Program-made: the position numbers and the translations under genes
Shown here: positions 11,201-20,696 of the stretch, piece after piece
Layout of the letters: every line of letters begins with the position of its first letter
Numbering within the stretch: position 1 is the stretch's first letter
Notes under the pieces: generated by a model
What the model was told of the DNA's origin: nothing
The model's input: the letters and a program-made list of their open reading frames with translations, nothing else
The model's database searches: none
Assembly: GCA_051861545.1 (NCBI GenBank)
Contig: JBIMKP010000022.1
Span: 2,025 to 66,024, forward strand
Source: Bacteroidia bacterium
GTDB taxonomy: Bacteria > Bacteroidota > Bacteroidia > UKL13-3
Length of the DNA: 64,000 nucleotides
Reading direction: 5' to 3'

Positions 11201-12682
11201 TTTACCTTTGATGTTTCTGCCGCCGGAAATATTTATTTAGGAGGTGGCTTTACAACAATTGGAGGACAAGCAAGAGATAAGTGTGGTTCAATTTCATCAA
11301 CAAGTGGAATACCAAATTCATGGTATCCTGTCTTTTTTAATCCAGCACCAAATACAGCTAGTGTTAGACAAATTTTATGTGTAGGGAATAAGGTAATTAT
11401 TGGTGGAATATTTAGTAGTTTAAATGGATTGCCAGTTTCTAACTTAGCTGTAGTTTATGGTTTTGATACTTCAATTACTATTAATTCTGTAACTGGAACA
11501 GGAACAGTTTGTAAAGGAAATAATCTCATAGTCAATTATTCTGTAAGTAATTCTTATGGTGCAGGTAATCAATTTATATTAGAATTAGTTGATACACTTT
11601 TACCTAATAAAACTCCTATTGTTTTGTCAAGCCAAAATTCATCGGTTTCAGGCGTTTTTAACATTAACTTACCTAATAATTTGCCTACAAATAGAGCTTA
11701 TTATGTTCAAATTCGAACTACTAATCCAGTTAGTATTTCGAAAAACTGGCCAAACATTGTCAACACGATTTCATGCGTTCCAAATCAAGGTCCAACAAAT
11801 CTTCAATTTAGCAATGTGACTGCAAATAGCGCAACATTAACTTGGACAAGAGGAAATGGACAAAGATGCATTGTAATTGCTAAACAAGGGTCTATGGTAG
11901 ATTCACTTCCTATTAATGGTATAGAATACAATGCAAATTCTTCCTTCGGTATGGGTGCTTTACTTGGAACAGGTAATTATATTGTTTATAAAGGAACCGC
12001 CAATTCTGTAAATATTACAAACTTACTTTTATCTTCAAACTATCATTTTGCTGTTATTGAATTCAATGGAAATAACTCAACAACTGCATATTTAAATTCC
12101 CAAGTTCTCTATGGTAACATGGTTTCATTACCAGTAAATTGGTTAAGCTTTGAAGCTAAAAAAATCAATTCTAATGAAGTACTTTTAAATTGGAAAACAG
12201 CCTCTGAAATTAATAATAGTCATTTCGAATTACAGCGAAAATTTGAAGCTGATTTTGATTGGAAAACCATCCAGATTTTAAAAGGAAAAGGTACCACTAA
12301 TCAAACTTCTACTTACAGCTACAATGATTACTTAGACGACTTGTCGGCTGATGAATTGGTTTTATTCTATAGATTAAAACAAGTTGATTTTGATGGAAAA
12401 TTTGATTTTAGTAAAACAATCAAAATTCTAAATGATAAAAACTTTGATGAAAGTATTCAAATTTTCCCAAATCCATTCGATGAAAGTTTCCAGTTTATAA
12501 ACAAAGAAAATTCCATAATATCATATAGAATTTATTCAGTTAATGGGGAAAAATTGAAAAATGGAACCTTAAATGGGAGTCAAATTGAAACCATAGATTG
12601 TGCTGATTTAGAACCGGGTTTGTATGTTTTGGAATTAGACACTCTAAAGGATCTAATCAGACAAAAAATATTTAAGAAATAG
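8246..12682 (+). CDS. large secreted beta-propeller repeat protein with FN3-like domain and T9SS C-terminal sorting domain
   Basis: 1478 aa; signal peptide; more than 20 repeats of the G-G-x-F-T/S...R-x-x-L-A-A-x-D/N type (delta-60-like); PQGPTNLQFSNVTANSATLTW FN3 segment; C-terminus FPNPFDESFQF...LEPGLYVLEL resembles a Por secretion tail. Confidence 0.75.
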   Translation: MISNLINCMKHLKNFVYLLFFLLAFNPSKTNAQGLVKGFPQANGPVYAMASRNDTVFVGGNFTSLFNPDSIISFGGLVDPNTGKPSSNWDQPNGAVYASTPDKKGGFFIGGDFSKVASLNAVRIAHIDSSGTLQNTFSNTGINGVVKSMVTLGDTLFVGGQFNLVGSFLESAGGPVLKNSALVSSNFPSINGYVFCAIPDGVGGWYVTGSFTKVGNITRNRAARIDANGNVLAWNPNLNGICYAMVRYQNSVFLGGQFTNVGTLVRSGIASVDTATGAASTWAPGSPSTVVRSFSISNNILYLAGAFGTMASQTRQSLAAFNLPSLTLTSFSTTMSLTNGQATLFSVLALGNKVFVGGRFDNIGGSSRTCLAALNPSNGLVIPNWSANANDVVEQIKFLNGFIYVGGSFTTVKGLSRNYVAAADTSTGALNSLNPSINGFVTCIEIDPLDSTLYISGNFSNYFHSINLKNFTSMSWPLRTNAYANTISLFGSRLFVGGYFTSLGGFERTNLAAFNTKTGALLSWNPGTNGRVEAMCNVKDSFIWIGGYFTEVSSISRGRLACFDRFGSLNNYLFSFDNYVKAISFSGDSILYVGGNFFTCSTLSPFVSSSVVAHKIAAINFRTARIQPFWNPSSNNEVNSLFVDGNILYAGGTFSAIGGQPRALLAAISRSTALATSFDAGLSSSGSSVNSLLKYNNEIIVGGGFTYEINGRIVRKNLASFQVSNSALTSFVNDPDLSVFTLSMHLNKMYCGGEFKVLGGKARSNLGAFLSSNGAILDFNLGASNASGSQSVFNISWFDNNLFLGGTFTKIGDSSRQYFGVIDIQNQTVLPFYPSPNGIIYSTYVHQGYLYIAGQFTNIGGAARNRLAIFNYPSFTSTTINPNFSGWPLTYYPSSPSKILIGGGFTTIASVSAPNSAAFQLPSFTRIIGTPTVNSSVNKYLLNKNHLYVAGGFTLINGLSKPYFAQLDSSSYLPTSFSPSINGSVFTFDVSAAGNIYLGGGFTTIGGQARDKCGSISSTSGIPNSWYPVFFNPAPNTASVRQILCVGNKVIIGGIFSSLNGLPVSNLAVVYGFDTSITINSVTGTGTVCKGNNLIVNYSVSNSYGAGNQFILELVDTLLPNKTPIVLSSQNSSVSGVFNINLPNNLPTNRAYYVQIRTTNPVSISKNWPNIVNTISCVPNQGPTNLQFSNVTANSATLTWTRGNGQRCIVIAKQGSMVDSLPINGIEYNANSSFGMGALLGTGNYIVYKGTANSVNITNLLLSSNYHFAVIEFNGNNSTTAYLNSQVLYGNMVSLPVNWLSFEAKKINSNEVLLNWKTASEINNSHFELQRKFEADFDWKTIQILKGKGTTNQTSTYSYNDYLDDLSADELVLFYRLKQVDFDGKFDFSKTIKILNDKNFDESIQIFPNPFDESFQFINKENSIISYRIYSVNGEKLKNGTLNGSQIETIDCADLEPGLYVLELDTLKDLIRQKIFKK

Positions 12683-12770
12683 ATTCTATTTCAATTTTCT
12701 AATGATGTTTTCTTGTTTAATGCTAGATTTACCAGAATTAAAATAAATTCAACACTTAAAAAAACTATCC

Positions 12771-13505
12771 TCAGTATTTGCCTACCTTAAGTAAAACAGG
12801 AAAATGTACTTTTTTCTTTGATTCAATTGGCCAAACCATTTCTAATTTTGATTTAATTAAATCAATTGGATTTGCTCTATGATTCCTGATAAACTTTTGT
12901 GTTGCCGACCAAGTGTTTAAATAACCAATGTATTCATCATAGGTATAGTCTATTTCTAATTTTATTCTTGGTTTTTCAATTTCACCAAATGGAAAAGGCA
13001 CATTTTCATAAGCTTCATCGATGTATCTTCTTTCAGGCTCCCAATAACCATCTAAAATATTTCTATAAAAATGATTGATGATAGGGTCACATTCTGAATC
13101 GATTGTATGAAACCCATATCCAACTAAAATAATTAATCCTCCTGGTTTTAAGACACGTTTTACTTCTTCGTAAAATGCTGTAAAATCAAACCAATGAATA
13201 GCTTGACCAACAATTACTAAATCACAACTTTCTGAGGCCAATGAACATGCCTCTGCTGATTCTACTTTATAGGTAATATTGTCTTTTTTAATGGCATGTT
13301 CCAATTGTTTTTCACTGATGTCAGAAGCATATACTTGCTCAAAAATTTCAGAAAGTTCTGAGGCTATTTGTCCATTGCCGGTTGCTACATCCCAAGCCAG
13401 ATCTTTACTCTGAAGAGTTTGATTTATAAACAGGTATAACTCCACTGGATAATTTGGCCTATACAAAGAATACAACTCCGCTTGGCCGGAAAAATGGTCC
13501 TTCAT
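12771..13505 (-). CDS. class I SAM-dependent methyltransferase
   Basis: DVATGNGQ motif I. The ORF track extends to 13580, but the probable start is the internal Met (MKDHFSG) at 13505. Confidence 0.7.
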   Translation of the reverse strand: MKDHFSGQAELYSLYRPNYPVELYLFINQTLQSKDLAWDVATGNGQIASELSEIFEQVYASDISEKQLEHAIKKDNITYKVESAEACSLASESCDLVIVGQAIHWFDFTAFYEEVKRVLKPGGLIILVGYGFHTIDSECDPIINHFYRNILDGYWEPERRYIDEAYENVPFPFGEIEKPRIKLEIDYTYDEYIGYLNTWSATQKFIRNHRANPIDLIKSKLEMVWPIESKKKVHFPVLLKVGKY

Positions 13506-13648
13506 TTGTAAATAATTAAGCAGACAATTTAGAAATACTTTGCTGAAAACAAGCATTAATTTTAGTTTTTCCACAGTCATGTGAATAACCCACTCATAAG
13601 CTTGCTGATTTTGGTGGTATTTTTACCTGCTTAAATAGTGTTTCAAAG

Positions 13649-15529
13649 ATGGCAGAAGAAAAAGTGATTTATGATGAAAACAGTATCAGGTCTCTCGATT
13701 GGCGCGAACATATTCGCCTGAGACCCGGAATGTATATCGGTAAACTAGGAGATGGAAGCTCTGTTGATGATGGTATTTATATCCTTTTAAAGGAGGTTAT
13801 CGATAATTGTATCGATGAATATGTAATGGGGAATGGAAAACAAATTGATATCAAAATTACTGATAACAAGGTTGTTGTAAGGGATTATGGTCGTGGTATT
13901 CCTCTTGGAAAAGTAATTGAATGTGTTTCTCAAATCAATACTGGTGGTAAGTACGATTCTGCTGCTTTTAAAAAGTCGGTTGGATTAAATGGAGTAGGAA
14001 CAAAGGCTGTGAATGCTTTGTCTATTTATTTCAAAGCACAATCTTTTAGAGATGGAAAAACAAAAATCGCTGAATTTGAAAAAGGTCAGTTATTGAAAGA
14101 ACACCCGCTACAAGATACTTTAGAGCCCAATGGAACTGCAATTACTTTTATTGCTGATGATACCATTTTTAAACATTTCAGGTTTATTAACGAGTACATC
14201 GAAAACATGATATGGAATTATGTTTACCTGAATGCTGGTTTAGTGGTTTGGTTCAACGACCAAAAATTCCTTTCAAAAGATGGTTTATTAGATTTATTAA
14301 AACGTAAAACCAATGAAGAAGCGCTTCGTTACCCAATTATTCATATTAAAGGTGAGGATATTGAAGTTGCTTTAACCCATGAAAATCAATATGGTGAAGA
14401 GTATTATTCATTTGTTAATGGTCAACATACTACCCAAGGTGGTACTCACTTAAATGCTTTTAGAGAAGCTTTTGCAAAAACAGTTCGTGAGTTCTATAAA
14501 AAGGATTTTGATTTGGCTGATATAAGAGCAAGTATTATTGCTGCTGTAAGTATTAGGGTTCAAGAACCGGTTTTTGAATCTCAAACCAAAACAAAATTGG
14601 GTTCAACAAATATGGCTCCAACTGAATCTATTTCAGTAAAACAATTTGTGATTGATTTTATGAAAAAGGCTTTGGATGATTACTTGCATAAACGTCCTGA
14701 TACCGCTGAAGCTCTTTTACGTAGAATTAATCAGAGTGAAAGAGAAAGAAAAGAAATGGCCGGTATTAAAAAATTGGCTAATGAAAGAGCTAAAAAGGCT
14801 AATCTTCACAATAAAAAATTAAGAGATTGCCGCATTCATTTCAATGAATCAAAAGACGAAAAGAAGTACAATACTACTTTGTTTATAACCGAAGGTGATA
14901 GTGCAAGTGGTTCTATTACCAAATCTCGTCAGGTTGAAACGCAGGCTGTATTTAGTTTAAGAGGTAAACCTTTAAACTGTTATGGTTTAACTAAAAAGGT
15001 AGTTTACGAAAATGAAGAGTTTAATCTTTTACAACATGCTTTAAACATCGAAGAATCAATTGAAGATTTAAGGTACAACCGCATTGTTATTGCAACTGAT
15101 GCCGATGTAGATGGAATGCATATTCGTTTGTTAATTCTTACTTTCTTCCTTCAGTTTTTTCCTGATTTAGTAAAAAATAACCACTTATATATTTTAGAAA
15201 CGCCTTTGTTTAGAGTAAGAAACAAACAAAAAACTTTCTATTGTTATAATGATGAGGAACGTCAGAAAGCTATCCATGTAATTGGTGCTAAAGCTGAAAT
15301 TACTCGTTTTAAAGGGTTGGGTGAAATTTCACCAGAGGAATTTGGTTTGTTTATTGGTGAAGACATGCGTTTGCAACCTGTTGTTCTTTTGAATGATATG
15401 CCGATACAAAAAATGTTGGAATACTACATGGGTAAAAACACTATGGATCGTCAAAATTTCATTATCGATAACCTAAGAATTGAAAAGGATATGGTTTACG
15501 AAATGGAAGTTGATGAGGAATTGGTTTAA
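13649..15529 (+). CDS. parE: type IIA topoisomerase B subunit (ParE-like, topoisomerase IV subunit B)
   Basis: 626 aa; GHKL ATPase and TOPRIM motifs (LHAGGKF-like GGKYD, EGDSASG). Confidence 0.8.
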   Translation: MAEEKVIYDENSIRSLDWREHIRLRPGMYIGKLGDGSSVDDGIYILLKEVIDNCIDEYVMGNGKQIDIKITDNKVVVRDYGRGIPLGKVIECVSQINTGGKYDSAAFKKSVGLNGVGTKAVNALSIYFKAQSFRDGKTKIAEFEKGQLLKEHPLQDTLEPNGTAITFIADDTIFKHFRFINEYIENMIWNYVYLNAGLVVWFNDQKFLSKDGLLDLLKRKTNEEALRYPIIHIKGEDIEVALTHENQYGEEYYSFVNGQHTTQGGTHLNAFREAFAKTVREFYKKDFDLADIRASIIAAVSIRVQEPVFESQTKTKLGSTNMAPTESISVKQFVIDFMKKALDDYLHKRPDTAEALLRRINQSERERKEMAGIKKLANERAKKANLHNKKLRDCRIHFNESKDEKKYNTTLFITEGDSASGSITKSRQVETQAVFSLRGKPLNCYGLTKKVVYENEEFNLLQHALNIEESIEDLRYNRIVIATDADVDGMHIRLLILTFFLQFFPDLVKNNHLYILETPLFRVRNKQKTFYCYNDEERQKAIHVIGAKAEITRFKGLGEISPEEFGLFIGEDMRLQPVVLLNDMPIQKMLEYYMGKNTMDRQNFIIDNLRIEKDMVYEMEVDEELV

Positions 15530-15535
15530 CAAAAT

Positions 15536-16441
15536 ATGAGAATAGTATTTTTTGGAACTCCTGATTTTGCAGCACATTCACTTCAATCATTAATCAATGC
15601 TGGAGTGAATGTGGTTGCAGTTGTAACTGCACCAGATAAACCTGCTGGTAGAGGAATGAATCTTCAATCATCTGCGGTTAAAGTTTGTGCAGTAAAAAAT
15701 AATCTACCGGTTCTTCAGCCTGTCAAACTCAAAGACCCAGAATTTGTTCACGAATTAGCATCCTATCAAGCCGATTTACAAATTGTAATTGCATTCAGAA
15801 TGTTGCCTGAAATAGTTTGGAATATGCCTCCAAAAGGAACAATGAATCTGCATGCTTCTTTATTACCCGATTACCGAGGTGCTGCTCCAATTAATTGGGC
15901 AATTATAAATGGTGAGAAGAAATCGGGTGTTTGTACTTTTTTCCTAAAACATGAAATTGATACAGGTGATATTTTATTGAGTAGAGAAGTTGAAATTACA
16001 GAAACCATGAATGCTGGTGAACTTCATGACTTATTGATGCAAACTGGTGCTGAATTGGTAATTGAATCGGTTAGAAAAGTTGAATCAGGAAATTATTCTG
16101 GTATTCCTCAAGCTCAGTCATCCACAAAAACAGCCCCAAAAATTTTCAAGGAACATTGTTTGATTCATTTTAATCAGCCTGCTGAAAAGGTATATAATTT
16201 AATTCGAGGTATGAGTCCTTATCCGGCTGCATATTTTCAGTTAAACGGAAAAAATATGAAGGTTTTTAAAGCTGAAATTATAAAATCAAATCAAGTTTTA
16301 GAAGCTGGAAGTATAAAATCAGATGGAAAATCTTACCTCCAAATTCATTGTGCTGATGATTATATTAGATTATTAGAAGTGCAACCTGAATCGAAAAAAA
16401 GAATGAGTATTGAAGATTTTTTGAGAGGAAACAAGGTTTAA
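15536..16441 (+). CDS. fmt: methionyl-tRNA formyltransferase
   Basis: 301 aa; MRIVFFGTPDFA...NLHASLLPDYRGAAPINWAI. Confidence 0.9.
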   Translation: MRIVFFGTPDFAAHSLQSLINAGVNVVAVVTAPDKPAGRGMNLQSSAVKVCAVKNNLPVLQPVKLKDPEFVHELASYQADLQIVIAFRMLPEIVWNMPPKGTMNLHASLLPDYRGAAPINWAIINGEKKSGVCTFFLKHEIDTGDILLSREVEITETMNAGELHDLLMQTGAELVIESVRKVESGNYSGIPQAQSSTKTAPKIFKEHCLIHFNQPAEKVYNLIRGMSPYPAAYFQLNGKNMKVFKAEIIKSNQVLEAGSIKSDGKSYLQIHCADDYIRLLEVQPESKKRMSIEDFLRGNKV

Positions 16442-16477
16442 TTCAAATAGGATTTAATCACTTTTATAATCTATTTT

Positions 16478-16921
16478 TTATTTCCTCTTAGCATTGTTTG
16501 TTTCTTTGATATCGCTGTTTACCGAAGTAAAATTTGTCTGAATACTATCGCTTAAATTTTGTAAAAAGCTACGATAAGGTGGATTTTTTCTACTTCCAAA
16601 AGAACCATCATAATTTAGTTTAATTGTGAATTGATTGTCTTGTTGTTCAAGCCAAAATTTAAAATAATGGTAAGGACGTCCATAAAAGCCAAGAGTGTCT
16701 GAACCTTTAAAAGTATTGTCCTTAATTAATTGGTTTTTCTCTGCCAATTGCTTGATAAACTTAGTAGCAATCTCTTTTGAATTACTTTCTTTTGAATTGT
16801 TTTGAAAAGTATAAGTAGCAATATATTTTGTAGAATAAAAGCAAGATGACAAGGAAAGTATCATCACAAAGGCAAATATGTTAGATATCCAAAAAAGTAT
16901 TCCTGAAGCATTCTTATTCAT
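16478..16921 (-). CDS. hypothetical lipoprotein
   Basis: Signal sequence plus Cys (LSLSSC). Confidence 0.45.
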   Translation of the reverse strand: MNKNASGILFWISNIFAFVMILSLSSCFYSTKYIATYTFQNNSKESNSKEIATKFIKQLAEKNQLIKDNTFKGSDTLGFYGRPYHYFKFWLEQQDNQFTIKLNYDGSFGSRKNPPYRSFLQNLSDSIQTNFTSVNSDIKETNNAKRK

Positions 16922-16951
16922 CTGAATTTGTTATTATTTCTATTCTTCAAT

Positions 16952-17833
16952 TTATTTAGATTCAAAATGTTCAACGCAGATTTTAGCAATTTCTGCTATG
17001 ATTTTCTCATTGGTCTCCTCATTTTCTTTGCTATCTTTTACAAATACTGAAATAATCAAAATTTGACCATTTTTAAATGGAATTATTCCTACATCATTTA
17101 CCGCTTCAGTAATTCCTTTAGAATTTTGATCTGAAGTTCCTGTTTTATGTGCAACAATATATTTAGGTAGGAGGTAAGGAAGACGTTTGGCTCCCGTGTA
17201 ATTAATCGCCATGAATTCCAATAAAAGCCTTCTACTTTCTTCCGACAATATTTTATTGTTTTGTAAGGATTCAAGTATTGCTGTTATTGTTTTTAAATCT
17301 ACCCAGTTATCATAAATTCTTTCTCTTTTCTCATGTTTTTGTTGTTCTGTCCATTTCATGGAAATGCCTTTGAATCCTTCTTGATGAAAGAATTTTTCTA
17401 CAACAAGAGGAGAGCCAATCAGTTTAAATAAAAGATCACAGCTGTTGTTATCACTGTATGAAATAACATTGTTTAATAAATCAAAAATATTTACTTTACC
17501 TTTTTTTGATGGGAATTTTTCTATAAGAGGACCAAAGCTAGAAAAAATATCTTTTTCATCAAATTGAATTTCTTGTATTAATCTCAGATTACCTTCCTCA
17601 ACCTGTTTTAAGACATAAATTGCTAATGGTAATTTGTAAACGCTCATCATTGGAAATTTGGTTTCATTGAGTCGGTATAAACCATTTTTCTCCCCAATAA
17701 TTTTTACACCAACACCAATTTGAGCTTTGTAGTTTTTGCAGTACTCATCGAGTTTGATTTCCAATTTTGATTGCGAACATGAAATCAAAGATGAAGAACA
17801 AAACAAGATAAATAAGTAAATAATTTTATTCAT
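16952..17833 (-). CDS. class A beta-lactamase family serine hydrolase
   Basis: 293 aa; signal/lipobox; SVYK (SxxK), SDN and KTG motifs are all present. Confidence 0.8.
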   Translation of the reverse strand: MNKIIYLFILFCSSSLISCSQSKLEIKLDEYCKNYKAQIGVGVKIIGEKNGLYRLNETKFPMMSVYKLPLAIYVLKQVEEGNLRLIQEIQFDEKDIFSSFGPLIEKFPSKKGKVNIFDLLNNVISYSDNNSCDLLFKLIGSPLVVEKFFHQEGFKGISMKWTEQQKHEKRERIYDNWVDLKTITAILESLQNNKILSEESRRLLLEFMAINYTGAKRLPYLLPKYIVAHKTGTSDQNSKGITEAVNDVGIIPFKNGQILIISVFVKDSKENEETNEKIIAEIAKICVEHFESK

Positions 17834-18578
17834 GATTCAAGATAAACTTTAATCCTAATTCTCCATCAAATTCTATTTCTGAAAACAAATTCATTCCTAT
17901 TTTCTGTAACACTTTTGCTGATGAAGTATTTTCCTTTTTGCAGCGAGCAACAATTTGTTTGATGTCTAATATCTCAAAACCATATTTTAAAGTTGCTATT
18001 GCTGATTCTGTTGCATATCCCATATTCCAATATTCTTCAAGAAATCTGAATCCAATATCAGTTTCATTTAAATCTTCCTGAAATCTTAATCCACACCAGC
18101 CTAAAAATTGAGAATCTGTCTTTCTGTGAACAATCCATCTACATAGGGCCCGCTGAAAAAGACAGAAACAGGTCAGATTTTAGACGCTGCCAAATTAGAT
18201 GTATATATAATACTTCAATTTGGCAGCAACGACAAAGATGGCCTTGTTTCTGTCTTTAAGTTAATTGAAAACCAATTGTACTTAATGCAAGAATTTTTAA
18301 GTAATTGCTCTTAAAACCTTGCATTTAAATTATTAAATATAGTCTAATTGATTGATATTAAGTTCTAATAACGATTTTCAGCAGGCCTTACCTAATCCAT
18401 ATTTTGAATATTGCTCATAGTTTAAAATGAGTTCTTCTGCTTCCTGAATATTATTAAATGGCTTGTCACCTGTAAATTTTAATACATTCGGATTGGAATT
18501 TAATCGAAACAAATCTGGCGCATCATCTAAGGTCCATTCTCTTAAAATCAATCTTTCTGTTTCAGTAATAATTTTCAT
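17826..18578 (-). pseudogene. GNAT (RimJ/RimL-type) acetyltransferase split by MITE insertion
   Basis: N-terminal part (18578 to 18389: MKIITETERLILREWTL...YGLG) and C-terminal part (18145 to 17826: RWIVHRKTDSQFLGWCGLRF...GYATESA...) are separated by the 243-bp element. Removing the element plus one TSD copy restores YGLGRWIV in frame. Confidence 0.75.
18146..18388 (-). mobile_element. MITE-like palindromic element, copy 1 (reverse orientation)
   Basis: About 90% identical to the copies at 32423 and 50559; TIRs GGGCCCGCTGAAAA / TTTTCAGCAGGCC; flanked by TACATA / TACCTA (TSD TAGGTA with one mismatch). Confidence 0.8.
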
Positions 18579-19378
18579 TTTTTCAAACCAATCAAACTAT
18601 AAGCCATAGGAATTTCATGATTTAAACTTTTGATGGTAAACCTTCCTTTTTCAAGTTCTTGCGTATTTTTAAAACAAGGATAGGGTGAAAACGCATATTC
18701 CTTAAAGTCTAAAATTTCTATTTTTTGTTTGATTAATGCTTGAAATACTTCAGACAAAGAATGATTCCAACAAACATATTTCTGCTGAATATCTGCATCT
18801 CTATTGGCATAAGTACCAGATTCCGTTTCAATAATTTCACCTTTGTTAAAATATGAATATGCAATTTTTTTAAAATCATCATCAAACATCCAAACCACAG
18901 GATGAAATTCAACAAAAATGAATTGTCCGCCTGGTTTTAACATTTGTTGTATAACATCAGCCCATTTATCTAAATCGGGTAACCAACCAATTGTTCCATA
19001 ACTTGTATAAACAATATCAAATTGTTCTTTTAAAACTTCAGGTACAGAATAAACATCAGTGCATATAAACCTACAAGGAATATTCATTGCAGAAGAAATT
19101 TCCTTAGCTTTTTCAATAGCTTTATCAGATAAATCTATGCCAGTAACTTCAGCACCTAATCGTGCTAGAGAAAGACTGTCTTGACCAAAATGACATTGTA
19201 AATGAAGGATTTTTTTGCCTTTGATATCACCCAATAAAGCTAATTCAATTTCCTTAAGAGAGTTGTCGCCTTTAGCAAATCCGGCCATATCATAAAAATC
19301 AGATTCAAGATGTATATCAACCTTGTTATTCCATGATTTTTGGTTCAAATCCAGGTAATTGTCATATTCATTTTCCAT
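18575..19378 (-). CDS. class I SAM-dependent methyltransferase
   Basis: 267 aa; motif I ILHLQCHFGQDSL, motif post-I VTGIDLS. Confidence 0.75.
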   Translation of the reverse strand: MENEYDNYLDLNQKSWNNKVDIHLESDFYDMAGFAKGDNSLKEIELALLGDIKGKKILHLQCHFGQDSLSLARLGAEVTGIDLSDKAIEKAKEISSAMNIPCRFICTDVYSVPEVLKEQFDIVYTSYGTIGWLPDLDKWADVIQQMLKPGGQFIFVEFHPVVWMFDDDFKKIAYSYFNKGEIIETESGTYANRDADIQQKYVCWNHSLSEVFQALIKQKIEILDFKEYAFSPYPCFKNTQELEKGRFTIKSLNHEIPMAYSLIGLKK

Positions 19379-19876
19379 TCAATTTTTTAAATTTAATCTG
19401 TATAACCAATACTGCTTACCCAAAATTGGTTCTAATTCCTTACTTATTACAAAGCCTTTTTTCTCATAAATATGACGTGCTGCAGGCATCATTTCTGATG
19501 TATGTAAGCCAATGATTTCTTCATTTTTTATGATGGCTTCTTCAATACACATTTCAGTAATTTTTGAAGCCAATCCCAATCCTTTAAATTCTGGATGAAT
19601 TCCAATCATTCTAATATAGGACCAATCTGCAGGATAGATATTAGTTGGATTTCCTGAATAAATTAAAAATCCCATGCCAATAATTTTACCTTCAAATTCA
19701 GCAACAAATCCTTTCCCAATTTTCATCATGTTTTCATACAATTCTGATTTTTGTAAATTGGTTTCCATTAAGGATTTATTTTCTTCACTTAATAAAGGAA
19801 AGTATTCTCCATATGCCATTAAACCCAATGGAATCAACTGATTTATATCTTCAGTAGTGGCAATTCTAAATTCCAT
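19379..19876 (-). CDS. GNAT family N-acetyltransferase
   Basis: 165 aa; HPEFKGLGLASKI motif. Confidence 0.75.
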   Translation of the reverse strand: MEFRIATTEDINQLIPLGLMAYGEYFPLLSEENKSLMETNLQKSELYENMMKIGKGFVAEFEGKIIGMGFLIYSGNPTNIYPADWSYIRMIGIHPEFKGLGLASKITEMCIEEAIIKNEEIIGLHTSEMMPAARHIYEKKGFVISKELEPILGKQYWLYRLNLKN

Positions 19877-19877
19877 T

Positions 19878-20627
19878 TTATATTTTTCTTATAAGTTGAT
19901 ATTGGTACGAAAAGTCAATTTGTAATGGATTAACTTCATCCTTAAAATAAAAAATTAATTCATTTTTCAATTGATTTTCAATCGATTCATAATTCGTTTT
20001 GCCAAGATTTACACTGTTTGAAATATTACTTTGAGTACATAAATACTGAACAAAATCAAGCAAAGAAAAGGAAATTTGATGTTCTCCTTTTTCTTCCTTT
20101 ATTAAACATAAATTTTCAGGAAGGATTGTTTGAATGTCTATAGAATTTCTTTGTGGTACTGGAAAATGTTGTTTAAAATAAGATTCATACCAATTGTTTA
20201 AATTGGTTTGATTTAGTTTGATTTGATGATCATAAACTAACAACCAGGCTTTGGGTTTTAGTAATCTGCTTACTTCATTAAAAACACTATTTGAATCCAT
20301 CCAATGTAAAGCAGAAGCTATGGTAATAATATCAAAACTTTCATTTTGGAAGTCTAAATTTTTACCTTCTGAAATAAAATAAGTAATAGCTTCATTTGGG
20401 ATAGATTGTTCTATCATAAATGCAGAAGAATCACATGCAAAAACCTTTTCTGCAACTTCACATAGCGCTTTTGAAGATAAACCTGTACCACAAGCTAAAT
20501 CTAATCCCATAGGCAATTTGTGTTTAAATTGAAGGAATCGTCTTAACTGTTTCATGATTAGCTCATGGTAATATGGCCTTGATTTGGCATATCGTTTTGC
20601 AGCTTCTAAATTATCAAAATGATTCAA
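19878..20627 (-). CDS. class I SAM-dependent methyltransferase
   Basis: LDLACGTGLSS motif I. Confidence 0.75.
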   Translation of the reverse strand: MNHFDNLEAAKRYAKSRPYYHELIMKQLRRFLQFKHKLPMGLDLACGTGLSSKALCEVAEKVFACDSSAFMIEQSIPNEAITYFISEGKNLDFQNESFDIITIASALHWMDSNSVFNEVSRLLKPKAWLLVYDHQIKLNQTNLNNWYESYFKQHFPVPQRNSIDIQTILPENLCLIKEEKGEHQISFSLLDFVQYLCTQSNISNSVNLGKTNYESIENQLKNELIFYFKDEVNPLQIDFSYQYQLIRKI

Positions 20628-20696
20628 AGTATTAATTTGGTTTTAAATTTTATATTTCTTGATTTGCTTTTAATACCTTTTATAGAAGTATTAGAA

